A DNA stretch of 64,000 nucleotides from Podarcis melisellensis (Eukaryota). The notes under the pieces were generated by a model. It made no database searches. It was not told where the DNA came from and worked only from the letters and a program-made list of their open reading frames with translations. Location: NCBI GenBank assembly GCA_964234715.1, contig OZ174283.1. The stretch is one strand, 5' to 3'. The number at the start of each line of letters is the position of its first letter. The stretch's first letter is position 1. Below, piece by piece: positions 49,940 through 62,217 of this stretch. The position numbers were made by a program, and so were the translations under genes.

Positions 49940-49966
49940 TTCAGCACCGTAGTGAAGGCCAGCTCC
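49940..49966 (+). promoter_or_regulatory. Candidate split (non-canonical) REST/RE1 site
   Basis: TTCAGCACC + 8-nt spacer + GGCCAGCTCC. Confidence 0.35.
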
Positions 49967-50064
49967 TGGAATGTTTGAAGAACCAAGCAAAAGATCTGCT
50001 ATGGCCCCCCCATCCAGAAACATATTCCCTCCGCAGCTGCAGTTCCTAATGTTAATGGGAAGCT

Positions 50065-50240
50065 GCATTAGTTTGATCCAGACCATTTGTCTGTTTAGCT
50101 CAATATTCTCTACATTGACTAGCAGCAGCTCTCTAACTGCTGAAAAAGACAGGAAGTCCCACCCCCTTAATGCCAGTGATGCCAGTGATTAACTTGGGAC
50201 CTTTAGTTTGCAAAGCATGTTCACTGAGCTACGGTTCTTC
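50065..50240 (-). mobile_element. tRNA-derived SINE (Squam2-like), decayed
   Basis: ccagaccatttgtctgtttagctcaatattctctacattgactagcagcagctctc...cactgagctacgg. Confidence 0.6.
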
Positions 50241-50362
50241 CCTGGCCTGAACAATTTTGTATTCATTGCAAAATTAATCAATTAATTGACTAATTGGATG
50301 ACAGCCCCAATGGTCTCCCCTTTCTACTTTATTCACTCTTGCTATATAGTGGAACTCCTGTA

Positions 50363-50591
50363 CAGTGGTACCTTGGGTTACAGACGCTTCAGGTTACAGA
50401 CTCTGCTAACCCAGAAATAGTACCTCGGGTTAAGAACTTTGCTTCAGGATGAGAATAGAAATCGTGTGGCAGCAGCAACGTGATGGCAGCGGGAGGCCCC
50501 ATTAGCTAAAGTGGTACCTCAGGTTAAGAACCGTTTCATGTTAAGAACAGACCTCCAGAACTAATTAAGTTCTTAACCCGAGGTACCACTG
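50363..50591. mobile_element. Tc1/mariner (Tigger/pogo-like) MITE, copy 4
   Basis: TA|CAGTGGTACCTTGGGTTA...TAACCCGAGGTACCACTG|TA; same orientation as copy 2. Confidence 0.9.
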
Positions 50592-51707
50592 TAAGTAGTT
50601 AATCAACATACAATATAAAAGGGCAGTTGGTGGGGGTGCTGGGGGGCTGCAGCATTGTCCAACATTCAATACAAAGTTTATTTGGACTCCGGTATGCATT
50701 GTTTATTAAACAGTTCTTCTTAGAAACATAATTTACAGTGAGCCATTTTTGCCCATGAAAAATGCATGCCATATCCCACCCCCCCATTCATTTACTATGT
50801 CATTATTTGCTTAATTCATCTTATGACTTGGGAACCCTCACAATAATATCCCTTTCAATACAGTAACATGGTACTTATTTTGTACTATTTTCCAGTCTGC
50901 AACACTGATGGATCTAATTATTTCCCCCATGTCTTCATTTTCTGGACTTTCTTCCTGCAGGGAAACAAATGTGAAGTATAAAACATTATTGATAACGGAC
51001 TAAAAAAAGAAGTTCATTTAGCAACCTAAATATTATTGACCAGTTTCAGTAACATCATGCACCCCCCCAACCTGCACTCACATGATGACTGGGAAGAAGG
51101 GCTGTGGTGCTGGCCCCAATTCTGATGTTGCACAGTTCCTCCTGCCACTTAAATCCACACATTAGGCATGAATATCTGCATGGGAAAAGCATATGTAGCG
51201 GTCCACATGGCCCTGCAGATATCTACAGTATGTCCAACATGGATTTTAGAGATTAGGCCAAATACAACCTTAGGGGCAGGGGCAGTCTGCATTAGTGTCA
51301 ATTCCTGGTCATCATGTGAGCACCTCAACATACATATAATGTGTGAGGACTATAGGCCTCATGCAATCCAGGCATGATGCCAAAGGACACCTTGATTGCA
51401 CTGGGTAAAGATCAAGAAACCAGATTTCAATGGTTTATCCAGGGCCAGTTCAACTGCTAGGCAGAGTAACATGACCATATCAGGCTATAGATTTTGGTTG
51501 TCATGAGAGGGCAGAAAACTGTCTGTTCTTTAATCTGTTTTTGCATTTTTACTGTTATGGAAAGGGAGATAGGAGCACATGAAATTGTCAGCCACAGATG
51601 CCAAATAACTTGATTGGCCTTGGTGCTCTGCACCTCGAGATCTGGGGGTGAGGGAGGACCTATTGTAGCCCAGCTTCAGGCGGTAAAAATGTTAATGTCT
51701 GGGCCTG

Positions 51708-51708
<1 letters not shown>

Positions 51709-51763
<55 letters not shown>
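51709..51763. repeat. (TTA)n microsatellite
   Basis: direct reading. Confidence 0.95.
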
Positions 51764-52369
51764 TCATTGTCCCAACTGTTGATCATAAATTTTATTAGGC
51801 TTTTAAAAGATGGCAAAAAAGTTGCACTGAAATAACTGGATCAGAATATAGTGTCAATGTTTGCAATAACAGAAAACCATAATAATAATAAAGTGCAAGG
51901 CTGTGTAATAGAAACAAATGAAGTGGAAAATAAAATAATGGAAGTACATGACAAGCTAAATGCTTTCTGCAGTGCAGTGTTCTTGGAATTGAGTACATCA
52001 TAAACAAAGAGTCCCCTTCATGTTTTCTAATTTCATCCCGGGAAGATATCTAGCCTGTCAGTTACCTGTTTAATGATATTTCATTTTATCTGGTTTAATG
52101 CATATTGATACTAGGCCTAAATCTCAAGGTTTATTAAGCAGGTGGGTTGTGCTTGTATCAGAAAGCAACTTGAAAACACCAAAATGAAATTGTGTGAATG
52201 TTTGAATGCTACTATGGGTGGTGCAGAATGCAGCTTCATAACTCCCCTTTTACTGCTGTAGTTATCATTCTAACGCAGCAATAGTTTTGCTCCTTTGAAA
52301 TACTACAGCGGGACAGGGGAGAGCCTGAAGATTTGCTGACACCCAAGTAATAGACAAACAAAAACAACA

Positions 52370-52425
52370 AAGGCTAACAATTTTTTTATGGCATGAGATT
52401 CTGTGGACTACAGTTCACTTTCATT
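52370..52425 (-). mobile_element. Highly decayed Penelope-like terminal fragment
   Basis: aaaggctaacaattt..atggcatgagattctgtggactacagttcactttca resembles the arm of the 37635-37850 element and the 29124 copy. Confidence 0.4.
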
Positions 52426-53426
52426 TCCGGAGGTGTTTACAGGACTATATATACAAAGGTGAGGGTGGGAAATTGTAAACTGCCAGGACAGATGGAAGGA
52501 AGAAACAAATCAGGTAATGCTCATCAGGTGAAGATATACTTACCCCCTCTCTGGTGTGTACAACAGTGAACAAAATGTGACTTGATGTGCTGTGGGAAAG
52601 GGGAGCTACTTCACTGTCTTTGAAGTCATTAATGTGTACATAGTTCCAGTTTTCGGGGTAGGTAGTTGCTCCCTGTGGCTAAAACAGGATTTGAAAATAT
52701 GGTTGGAATGGGATGCACCAGCACAGTGCAGGATCAGGTCCTGGACAGTACTGCTCCTTTATGAGCAGTTTCCCAGCACTCTGACTCCGTTCAAGGCACC
52801 TTTCCATGTTCCTAATTCTAAGCACAGCTCTAGTTAGTTACAGGTTATGTGTGTGTGTTTTTTATGGGAACATTTGCTGATACTGTTCTTTTAGGAGAAT
52901 TGTAAATTATTAAAAGAAATAGGAAAGATGAAACAACCTTTTAAAAAAAATGTAGAGTGCAGTGATATCCAAGAGGCTGAGGGTCAGAGGTGCCTTACAA
53001 ATTTATATATACTGGCATGCAGGTAGCTGAAGCCATGGTTCTTCAGTTATATGAGCAGAAGGCCTTTCATCACCTCCTTCAGGAAATCAAGAAATACCAA
53101 AAAAAAGCAAAAAAAGCCCACATACTTGTCTTTCAATAAGCTCTCAGGTGGCCACAGAAATTTCTGGGTTGCTGAACCGCTTTCCAGGTAAGGTTAAGGT
53201 TAGGGTTGCAATCCCAGTACTGGACTTTATTATGTCAACTTGGCAATATGCCTGTCTTAAGAATTCCCTTGATTTCCTTGCTTTCTACTTGAAATTTATT
53301 ATACTCTGTCTGCCCATGTTTCAATTTATCAGAGTACAACAGTTAAAGGCAGACAAGAATCAATTTCTGAAAAAGATGCATAGAGGTAAGGGGCAATTCT
53401 TAAAACAAGGACAAGTCAAATCTCTT

Positions 53427-53545
53427 GAGAGCCAGTGTGCTGTGGTAGATAAGGTGTTGCAGTTGGATGAAGGAGCTCTGGATTCACTGTTCAGCCATGA
53501 AGATCATTGGATAACCTTGAGCCAATCACTTGCTCTCAGACAGAT
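53427..53545 (+). mobile_element. MIR/Squam3-type SINE 5' fragment
   Basis: gagagccagtgtgctgtggtagataaggtgttg...cagccatgaagatcattggataaccttgagccaatcac. Confidence 0.6.
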
Positions 53546-54819
53546 TCATTGGAACTTATATTTCCAGTGATTTCTTTGCATCAAAATCTTAAGGGTCCTC
53601 ATCTCTATTTCTTTTGAATCTTTCCTTAGCCTAGATACATTTAATCATTTCTTTCTCTCGTTCCCTTAGCTCTTGGGAACACTGTTTAGACAAAATTCAG
53701 TTCCTCATTGCTTCTTAAAAGCTTCTTTCTTTTATTCATTCAACTTTATTCTCATATTTTTACCTCTCTGTATGCGTTCCTTTGGAATCAGGCCATTTTC
53801 TCCTTATGATGCCTTCAGACTGTCACTATTTTAAGTGGGATTCAAGAGCATACTGGAAATTTCGGTTTGCGCAATTGAAGTGGATCAAAGTGCTCTGGTA
53901 CAACAAAACCACTTTACAAACAACAACAACAGATTTTCTGAGGTTGGAAAAGAGATGGGCAAATATATGGGATGGACAAATGATGAATGGGAAGATGTAT
54001 AAGCATTGTGGAAGCAAATTGGAATGAATGTACATTGTTGTGAAACTTCTCTGCAAACAAATCATAACAAATGTTCACTGAAAGCTGGGCATGGGCTAAA
54101 CTCTGTGTAAGCTCTGTGCAAGCAAACCAGGACAAATGCTCAATAAAATAAGGTCAGATGGAGTCCTTATTCTCTATCTTGATCCCACTATCCATTCATT
54201 TGGACAGTAATGCTACATTTATGCCAATCATTTACAATTCTATTGGGTTTTAAAAAATTATTTCACCCTCTCTTGCTTTAATTTCACCTGCTTTCTTTGA
54301 TGTCTCTCATTAGATGGATGCCTGTTTTCATACCTGAAGTCTTTGAGATTAAACTTCTAAACTTTACTCCTCAAATCATGTCTGTGGATTTTTCCGCTGT
54401 CTACAGTGTCTCTGTCAATGTCACATGCTTTGATAATGTTCTTGTCAGTTCTTCTCAAGTTCAGAAGACTAAAGTAGTTAATGTTTTTATTAGTCTCTTA
54501 ACTTTCCTCCCTATGTACAGCATCTTGCCAAGTCTTGTCATTTTCAGGTGATCAATATATTTAGAATGTTCGTCTATAATTGCCTTGCTACAGACACTAG
54601 TCAAAATGTTAGTTCATTGTCTTATTGATTCCCATATTGTATAGAACTGCTCAGCACCAGTGTGTTAGTGTGATGTTCTTGAGCATGCAGGGTTCATGGA
54701 GAGGGAAGGGACAGCAGGAAAGATCTCCTGTTGCCACTGGATTAGTAAAAGAAGAGAAGGGAGATTGTGCTCTGATGGTGAGGTGGAGAATTGTTAGGGA
54801 TAATGTTTAAGTAAGTAAT

Positions 54820-55167
54820 GGGATGCGGCAGGCACTGTGGGTTAAACCACAGAGCCTAGGACTTGTTGATCAGAAGGTCGTTGGTTCGAATCCCCACAAT
54901 GGGGTGAGCTCCTGTTGCTCGGTCCCTGCTCCTGCCAACCTAGCAGTTCGAAAGCACGTCAAAGTGCAAGTAGATAAATAGGTACCGCTCTGGTGGGAAG
55001 GTAAATGGCGTTTCTGTGTGCTGCTCTGGTTCACCAGAAGCGGCCTAGTCATGCTGGCCACATGACCCAGAAGCTTTACGCCGGCTCCCTCAGCCAATAA
55101 AGCGACATGAGTGCCGCAATCCCAGAGTCGGCCACGACTGGACCTAATGGTCCCTTTACCTTTACCT
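54820..55167 (+). mobile_element. Sauria SINE
   Basis: gggatgcgg head, ggttcgaatccc, gtagataaataggtacc, cctttacctttacct tail. Confidence 0.92.
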
Positions 55168-55319
55168 GGCCATGACTAGCAGGGTGGGAGGGAAGCCAAT
55201 GATTCTTTTCTAGCACAGATTTTCATCAGAAGAATATGGTGGATTTAAATTCTCGCACTTCCCTTTTATGAACCTCCAAATTCCACCAGGACTATCGCAG
55301 TGCATGCAACTAATGTCTC

Positions 55320-55394
55320 AGGAGCACAATACCTCAAGGACCGCCTCTCCCCATATGAACCAATCCGGACACTGCAATCATCATCTGAGGTCCT
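55320..55394 (+). mobile_element. L2 fragment
   Basis: tacctcaaggaccgcctctccccatatgaaccaatccggacactgcaatca (YLKDRLSPYEPIRTL). Confidence 0.65.
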
Positions 55395-55459
55395 GCATTG
55401 CAGAGGGTTGAACTAGATGATCCTCAGAGTCCCTTCCAATTCTACAATTCTATGATTCC
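55392..55459 (+). mobile_element. CR1 3' tail fragment
   Basis: cctgcattgcagagggttgaactagatgatcctc..gtcccttccaattctacaattctatgattc. Confidence 0.75.
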
Positions 55460-55489
55460 ATATAATCACATCAGTTTGGGGGTTTATTT

Positions 55490-55918
55490 TAATAAAAAAA
55501 TTCTGCACCCAAAATTATATGCATTTTGGCACACATTTATTTTAATATACATACTTTCCCAAGCAACTTCCTCTAATATAATGCATTTTTGGTATGTTAT
55601 TTTCATGAATATTTTTGCATTTTATGCACACTTTCCTCAGAAGGTGGTGGATGCTGCTTCACTGGAGATTTTTAAACAGAGGTTGAATGGTCAGGGTTTA
55701 TTGAGCTGTGATTCCTGATTGCCAGTGGTTGAACTAGATGACCTTATACGGTCTCTTCCTACTGCACAATTCTATGGTTTGTTTGTTTGTCTGTTTTTAA
55801 GTTGGAGACTTGTGTCACAATATTTGGAGCTGTGGTTTAGTTTGTTCATTGTTTCAGGAAGTGCAAATTTGGTAGGCTCACATTCAAATTTGAACTATAC
55901 AAACATCTTTCCCATCAC
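55490..55918. mobile_element. AT-rich DNA-transposon-like repeat with a nested CR1 3' fragment (~55633-55777, + strand)
   Basis: atgcattttggcacacattt...; CR1 piece aaggtggtggatgctgcttcactggagatttttaaacagagg...caattctatg; ends tttcccatcacta. Confidence 0.55.
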
Positions 55919-58049
55919 TATTTGTGGCCACTATTTTGCAGAAGAGCTTTTTTAATGCTGTGTCATGACATAACATTGTGCAGAAGGTGGTTTGTTTGGT
56001 TGGTTTTTGTTTATGGGGCAGGGAGAATAGCTGCCTGCTGGCTCTGCTGTGAAGTTAAAACAAGACAGACCTTTCCTGGGCCTCTTTAGCTATATAAGCA
56101 GTCCCCTGTTCCCTTTTAGGGCTCACTTCCACCAGAAGGCGACCCATTTTTAGCATATAAAGTTTCATGTTATATTATATACAAACCACTCTATTCCTTA
56201 CAAACACCCACAGGTAGTCATTTTTAAAATAGTGAGGTTTGATTGCTCACACTTGCATAACTGTGAGTATTATTAAAGGCAATAAAGTTATTCAGCCTTT
56301 TCCTCACTTATGCTACAGGCAAAGCATATTATTCTCAGCAATCACCATTTACTTTTACCCATTTAACACAGCTGAAGCTATCCTAATGGTTTTCTATGGC
56401 ATTTTTCTAAAGGCCAGATTTTAGATCAAATGAAAAGGCGAACTTAACTGGCAAAATGCAGCTTTCAAATATTCATGAAGAAATGATATTATCTGGTTTG
56501 TCACCATTGACTTTGGTAAATAAAGATCCTTAGAAATTATATAACAACAAAAAAACCTTTTTTTATTATGCACAGCCTGAAAATGCACTAATATGTGCAG
56601 GAAATTAAATGGATTGCTTCTGCGAATTTGTGACTGAAAAAATCAGTGTGCCTTCAAAAATTCTATTCCATCCAGCTCATGACTTCTTGACGTCAAAATG
56701 TCAAGTTGGACAAAGTAGATACATTGATAAACAAGTGGATTTGTAAGATTAGCTAGACTTACAGTGATATGCTATGCATTTCTACTCAAAAATATGTCAT
56801 ATTGAGTTCTGTGAGATTTACTCCTCAGTAAGTCTACTAACCTCAGTGGGAAGAAAGTTCCACTGAGATCAATTTTTAATACACCCCTTTGAAAAATGAA
56901 AGGGGAAAAAAGCTATGCTTGTATCTTCCTATATACATAAAAATGTAAGGTGTTGTCGTGCTCTGGGGTTTGTGTGGCAAATCTGCAGCTAGCTAGAGGA
57001 AAGCCTTTCATGCAGTGGATTAGCAAACTGCTATATGAAGCACCTCCCCTCTCCTTTAAAAGGGGGTGGTGCTCGGGGAAGGGGGGAGGCTTTGAGGGGG
57101 AGAATGGGGTGAACTGTGGGCAATTGGTGAATTTATGGAAATAGCTTAAATGCTGGAGATCTGTGATTGACAAGGACACACGGGTTACATAACCCATGTG
57201 CAAAGCCCCTTTCACAAGCTAATTGTGTGAAAAACTCTATGTGCACCTATTTGGAGACATGGGTGATTTCTATTTAATGTATGATGGATTATTTAAGGTA
57301 TTATTTATTATTCTTATATTTTTGAGGGAAGTTAACTGTTAACAGGAGCTAATGTTGTTGTTGCTGCTTCTACACACTGAAAACATGCACCTGATGTATG
57401 GTGGATACCGGTAAATTAATTGTTCAAGTGACAGCTTTGCTATAGAAAACTGCAGGAAGTACTGCATAACTTCATATCTCTTAATCTGCAATGTTCAAAC
57501 TGTTTTTCTAACTGCCTGAAGATCGTCTTGTTGGCTAATACATATCTTTTCATTTGTATCTGAGAACCAAGGTTTTTTCTATGTAAGCTGTTCGATTTAC
57601 ACAACCAAGTAGCTACAAGATTAGAGTCTCATGCTATTTTCCTTGGGAGCATTTGAAATATGCATGCAGACTCATAAAATTAATTTCATAGAGCAGAGAA
57701 AAAGGAAGAACAGTTGCTGAAATATCAGCAAGTTGTTTTGGTTTAGCTAATGGAAGCAAATTTCTTCATAGATTCCACCCACTGAAATCATAATTTCAAG
57801 ATTAAAAGAGTGTTGGTCTGTGGAGATTTATGGTGTAGTGCACATGATGATTTCCAGATATTTTAAATGCACATTGTGAGCAAAATCTCTGTTTATAAGA
57901 AGAGGAGCACTGTGATGCACATACTTTCAAACATTATGGTTGCCATGTGAGGGCTGTTGGGAATGCTTTTACTTGGTGTTGGCCATGTGTGGGGTATTAA
58001 GTATTCAAAAGCATTCATAACAGGACCCACCCAGAAAGCTTCTATACAA

Positions 58050-58238
58050 CTGTGTACAAATTATACCTTTAAAGCACAGTAGAACTCCAGTTCCCCCCTC
58101 AAAGAATTATGAGTACTGTAGTTTGTTAAAGGTTGCTGGGAATTATAATTAAATGGGGGGTAAACTGCAAAGGCCAGAATTATTTGAGGAGGGAAATGTA
58201 CTTCAAATGTGCTTTAAAGATATAGTGTTCAGTGGCCC
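58050..58238. mobile_element. Palindromic Harbinger-like MITE
   Basis: tttaaagcaca...cctcaaagaatt / aattatttgagg...tgtgctttaaa inverted arms; family of 2098-2275. Confidence 0.6.
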
Positions 58239-58360
58239 ACAGCTTTTCATACTTCCAAGCAACCTCTTTACCCTTTACTGTTCTTGTTTAATGTAAAGAA
58301 GAGTACACCCAAACTTGGTGACTACTTTATAGCTTTTTGTTAGCACTAATAGAAGTATTA

Positions 58361-58438
58361 CGGGAGGCATTGGAAGACAGGAGTGCCTGGCGTGCTCTGG
58401 TCCATGGGGTCAGGAAGAGCTGGACACAATGAAATGAC

Positions 58439-58494
<56 letters not shown>
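58361..58494 (+). mobile_element. BovB extreme 3' fragment with (CAA)n tail
   Basis: cgggaggcattggaagacaggagtgcctggcgtgctctggtccatggggtc is the reverse complement of ~35405-35456; TSD AGAAGTATTA / AGAGGTATTA. Confidence 0.9.
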
Positions 58495-58495
<1 letters not shown>

Positions 58496-59385
58496 GAGGT
58501 ATTATCCTGTCAACGTTTTCATTTCTCTTACCAGTTCACATACAATAGAGAAAATAGTTTGGTGACTTGGCCAGTCTTACCCATAGTTGGACAAACTAAA
58601 TATGGGAAGAAATTCAGGAGGATTATGCTATCAGCATCTTTTGGCATTGACTTTGCTAGCATCTGCATTTCATCCAAAGTCAAGACACCAGAAAGAGTAA
58701 TTTTTTGATGGGTGGAGTTTGTTGCATTTTAAGACAACCATGGATCTTTCAAGAAGGAGAAGCCTTCTTCTGAATAGCAACTTTTCTTCAGTTACCTCAG
58801 TTACCTCAGATACAGGCCACATTTATACTGTATGTGCTGGAGCTGGAATAAGCCAGAGAAAAGCCCTGAGATTATACATTTCTCACTTCCCCTTTTCCCT
58901 TGCATGGATGGCAGACCTTCACTGCCATTAAATTTTAAGTTTATATATCTATATATCTATATATATCCACATTCTGGACCTACTGTATTTGATATTTAGA
59001 TGTTTTGCCCAGCCTCTCTGGGGAAAGATTTTATCTAGCTTTGTTTGGCATACACCCTGCTCTAAGGAACTCGATTACCTGCCAGTAATCACAAATCAGA
59101 ATAAACAGTATTCTAATTGAAACCCTGTTGCTTGGTAAGCAGCTATGAAAAAGTCTCTGCACTATGTAGGCTGTTAATGATTATTGAATCATTAGAGTCT
59201 AATGTGTCACAAGGGGCTTGTTGGGCCGATTCACAAATAAAATACCCATTTCCAACATTTTGATAGTTCAGTTTGGAGGTGCCTAATTTGCCAAAAGACA
59301 CCTACAAATGTAGAAATTAATAATAATATGATAACTATGTCAGAAGGAGCAAAAAACAAAAACACAACAACACCTCAATTATATA

Positions 59386-59629
59386 CCGTATTTTTCGCTC
59401 TATAAGACGCACCAGACCACAAGACGCACCTAGTTTTTGGAGGAGGAAAACAAGAAAAAAAATATTCTGAATCTCAGACGCCAGAACAGCAAGAGGGATC
59501 GCTGTGCAGTGAAAGGAGCAATCCCTCTTGCTGTTCTGGCGCAGCCTGCATTCGCTCCATAAGACGCACACACATTTCCCCTTACTTTTTAGGAGGGACA
59601 AAGTGAGTCTTATAGAGCAAAAAATACAA
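59386..59629. mobile_element. Tc2/pogo-like MITE
   Basis: TA|CCGTATTTTTCGCTCTATAAGAC...GTCTTATAGAGCAAAAAATACAA|TA (right TIR CpG-decayed); internal aagacgcac repeats. Confidence 0.85.
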
Positions 59630-60379
59630 TAATTGTTAATAGTGGCATTTAGGATAAGCCACAAATTTTCAGGTGCTCTCACAAGCCCACATTCTCTCCC
59701 AGCCCGTCTGCATTCCTGTCTAGGTCCTGTAATGCTCCACCCACTGTGGGGGCCCTCTGGCAGGTGCACCAGGGCATCCACCTGTCAATGACTTGTCATC
59801 ACCATTATATCAGGTGAAGCATTTCTCTTTGCACTTTAAGGCTGCCAGTTGTCCCTTTGCAGCCATGCATGTACCCATCCTACATTGGCTTCTATCATGA
59901 CCTGGCTTCCAAGTGAGTGGTGGAATGCTGGAGAACATTGGTCTTCCAGGCTCTCATTTGACAGTAACCACCACAACACATTGGTCCTCTGTTTCTGAAA
60001 CACAATAATTTTTAGTTGTGAAATCCCATCTTCTTGGACATAAACATGGACCATTTCCTTGGTGAATTCAAGTTTAACCACAGCTCCCTTCCTGATAGCT
60101 TTGGTAAGTGATGTTAACATATGATCTGGAAATGAACTAATTTCTAACATGTTGGTAGACTCTACCATATGTGCATGTTGCAGGGATCACAGATTCACCA
60201 GGTTGCTTAACTCCTGCTCTCTCTTCTGTCTGCCACCCTGGATGATCAGGCAACATCAGCTGCTGTTGTTACCAAAGATAAAGGAATGTGAAAGGAGCGA
60301 ATCTAGGACTTAGAAACTGACTGCAACTTACTGTGCCTTGAGAATAGATCTAAGCTGTAGGGTTGGGGAAACGGTTAGC

Positions 60380-60610
60380 AATCTTCATTCTCAGAGACTC
60401 ATGGAAGATACTAGATTCCTAAATGATCTAAGGGATATTCCATTGGAGAAAACTAAAAATCCTTTTGAGGCTCTGATTTCACTCTGGAATGAAGCGATGA
60501 GATGAGTCATTGACAGGATCACTCTTGAGTGCCCTCTCCAGTACTGTGGAGCTTTCTTTTATCCATGGTATACCAGGGACTTGTGAGTGGTTAAACTGTC
60601 TGGAAAAAAG
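60380..60610 (+). mobile_element. Decayed L2 ORF2 fragment (post-endonuclease region)
   Basis: Pieces RLME..FLNDL, EALISLWNEAM, IDRI..ECPL, PWYTRDL resemble L2 'RLMDPxGFLNAL...EALVSLWNxEM..AVDTIAPERPL...APWYT'. Confidence 0.55.
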
Positions 60611-61077
60611 ACTTGTGCGCAACAATATTTTTTAACATGGTATCCCAAACTCCAACCCTACCCCCACAATCTTGTAGGAAAGAGCATCCTGCAGACAATA
60701 TGTGGAGTCTAAGGAATAAGAGCCTTTTACCAGCAAAAATGGACAATATATGCCAGATAGGCATGCAGAATGCGGAATGGTGCTAGAAAGGTGAGTCAGA
60801 ATGCTAAAGAAAATTCCTGCATAATGCAACACACACACACACTGATAGACATAAGGACTTATTTTATTAGACGAAGACTGCTGACCTGTGCCTTGGCCTC
60901 ATTCAATATTAATCATTCGGATCAATAAATCTGGATATTGAGTCAGGCAGAAATCAATGTCTGCTCCTTTAGATACTGACCAAAGCTAATACTAAAAATA
61001 TACCAATTGTATGTATAGAATACATCTCCTAAGTACATACCACTTCTATGATTAAGGAATTTGACCTAATCTGTTTG

Positions 61078-61900
61078 TTGCGCTTCGAGGCCCCCAGGAT
61101 CCCACCCCCCTTGAAATAACTTCCACTGACACTTATTTTAGTTTAAATTTTTGGGCAAATTTTGGACACATTTAATTAATACAACCATGTGAGCGGTATT
61201 GCCTTAGGCATTGGCTCCAAACTATAACTGACTCCACCTTTCTGATTGGTAATCTAAAAGGGTAATCCAAATGAGGGAGCAACATTGATGAAGACCAACC
61301 GAAGCTCACCCCGGGGTTCCTGTGGTCCTGGAATGGCCCTAGCCCCTCAAGTGGATGAGATCCAGGAACCCCAGATTCCTTTAAGGGAATACCCTGTTCC
61401 TGGAGGAGCAGGTGATGGCCGTACCTCCCCTGCCCCACATTTCAATGAGCCAATGCCTAACCACCACATTACAAGATGTGATGATTGCTGAGGAGGCAGG
61501 CGAAAACCAAGTGGCTATAGCCAATCTGCCAAATGGAAAAATTCCTACCCAGCCCCTGCTTCAAAATAGGTGACCCAATCCAATGCAAGGCCAAATCAAC
61601 ACTGCCTAACAAAGGGAGGGGGGCGGGTGTTCGGCAGCGTGAAGCAAGTGCCCCCAATTACGTTGCACTGCCATTTTTAACAGCCCCTGGGATCATGCCA
61701 CCCCCAGGCAATTGGCCCAGACAGCCTCGCATGATTCCAGGGCTATGGCTAGAGCTGAGTTACACCTCTCCAACTAAATTAACCCTTGGTGTGCCCTGAG
61801 TGCCCGTGCACAACCAGGACCCTGTATTAGGATGATCCCATTTACATGATAATATGAGGCAGCAGCCGCACATAGACCAAAAGCCAACTTTCTTTACCAG
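61078..61900 (-). mobile_element. Possible DIRS/Ngaro (tyrosine-recombinase retrotransposon) terminal remnant
   Basis: GC-richer block starting ttgcgcttcgagg; 14-bp perfect inverted repeat TTAGGCATTGGCTC (61204-61217) / GAGCCAATGCCTAA (61447-61460); family assignment rests on recalled resemblance only. Confidence 0.35.
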
Positions 61901-61959
61901 AAGGAGGCAAAATACTATTTTCTCACCCCTGCCAGCTTTTCCATCCATTTTCCAGTAAA

Positions 61960-62069
61960 TTTTTTGGATGCAACTCTTAATTTTATAGTTTCAATTGTTT
62001 TATGTTTGCTTTTTTCTATCTTTTTAGCTGTTCTTATTTTATCTGTAAGCCACCTTGAGTCCCTATCGG
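61960..62069 (+). mobile_element. L2 3' tail running into the gap
   Basis: T-rich tract then tgtaagccaccttgagtcc. Confidence 0.6.
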
Positions 62070-62217
62070 NNNNNNNNNNNNNNNNNNNNNNNNNNNNNNN
62101 NNNNNNNNNNNNNNNNNNNNNNNNNNNNNNNNNNNNNNNNNNNNNNNNNNNNNNNNNNNNNNNNNNNNNNNNNNNNNNNNNNNNNNNNNNNNNNNNNNNN
62201 NNNNNNNNNNNNNNNNN
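62070..62217. other. Assembly gap (148 N)
   Basis: direct reading. Confidence 1.

Noticed and set aside
53782-54150. 81-aa Trp-rich ORF as a coding exon
   Set aside because: No recognisable protein and no donor site; more likely a decayed LINE end or chance.
57061-57120. G-run cluster (possible G-quadruplex)
   Set aside because: Long irregular loops and no context supporting a function.
59836-60168. 110-aa minus-strand ORF as a gene or processed pseudogene
   Set aside because: No domain I can recognise, no supporting splice structure and no poly(A)/TSD; a blastx search would settle it.
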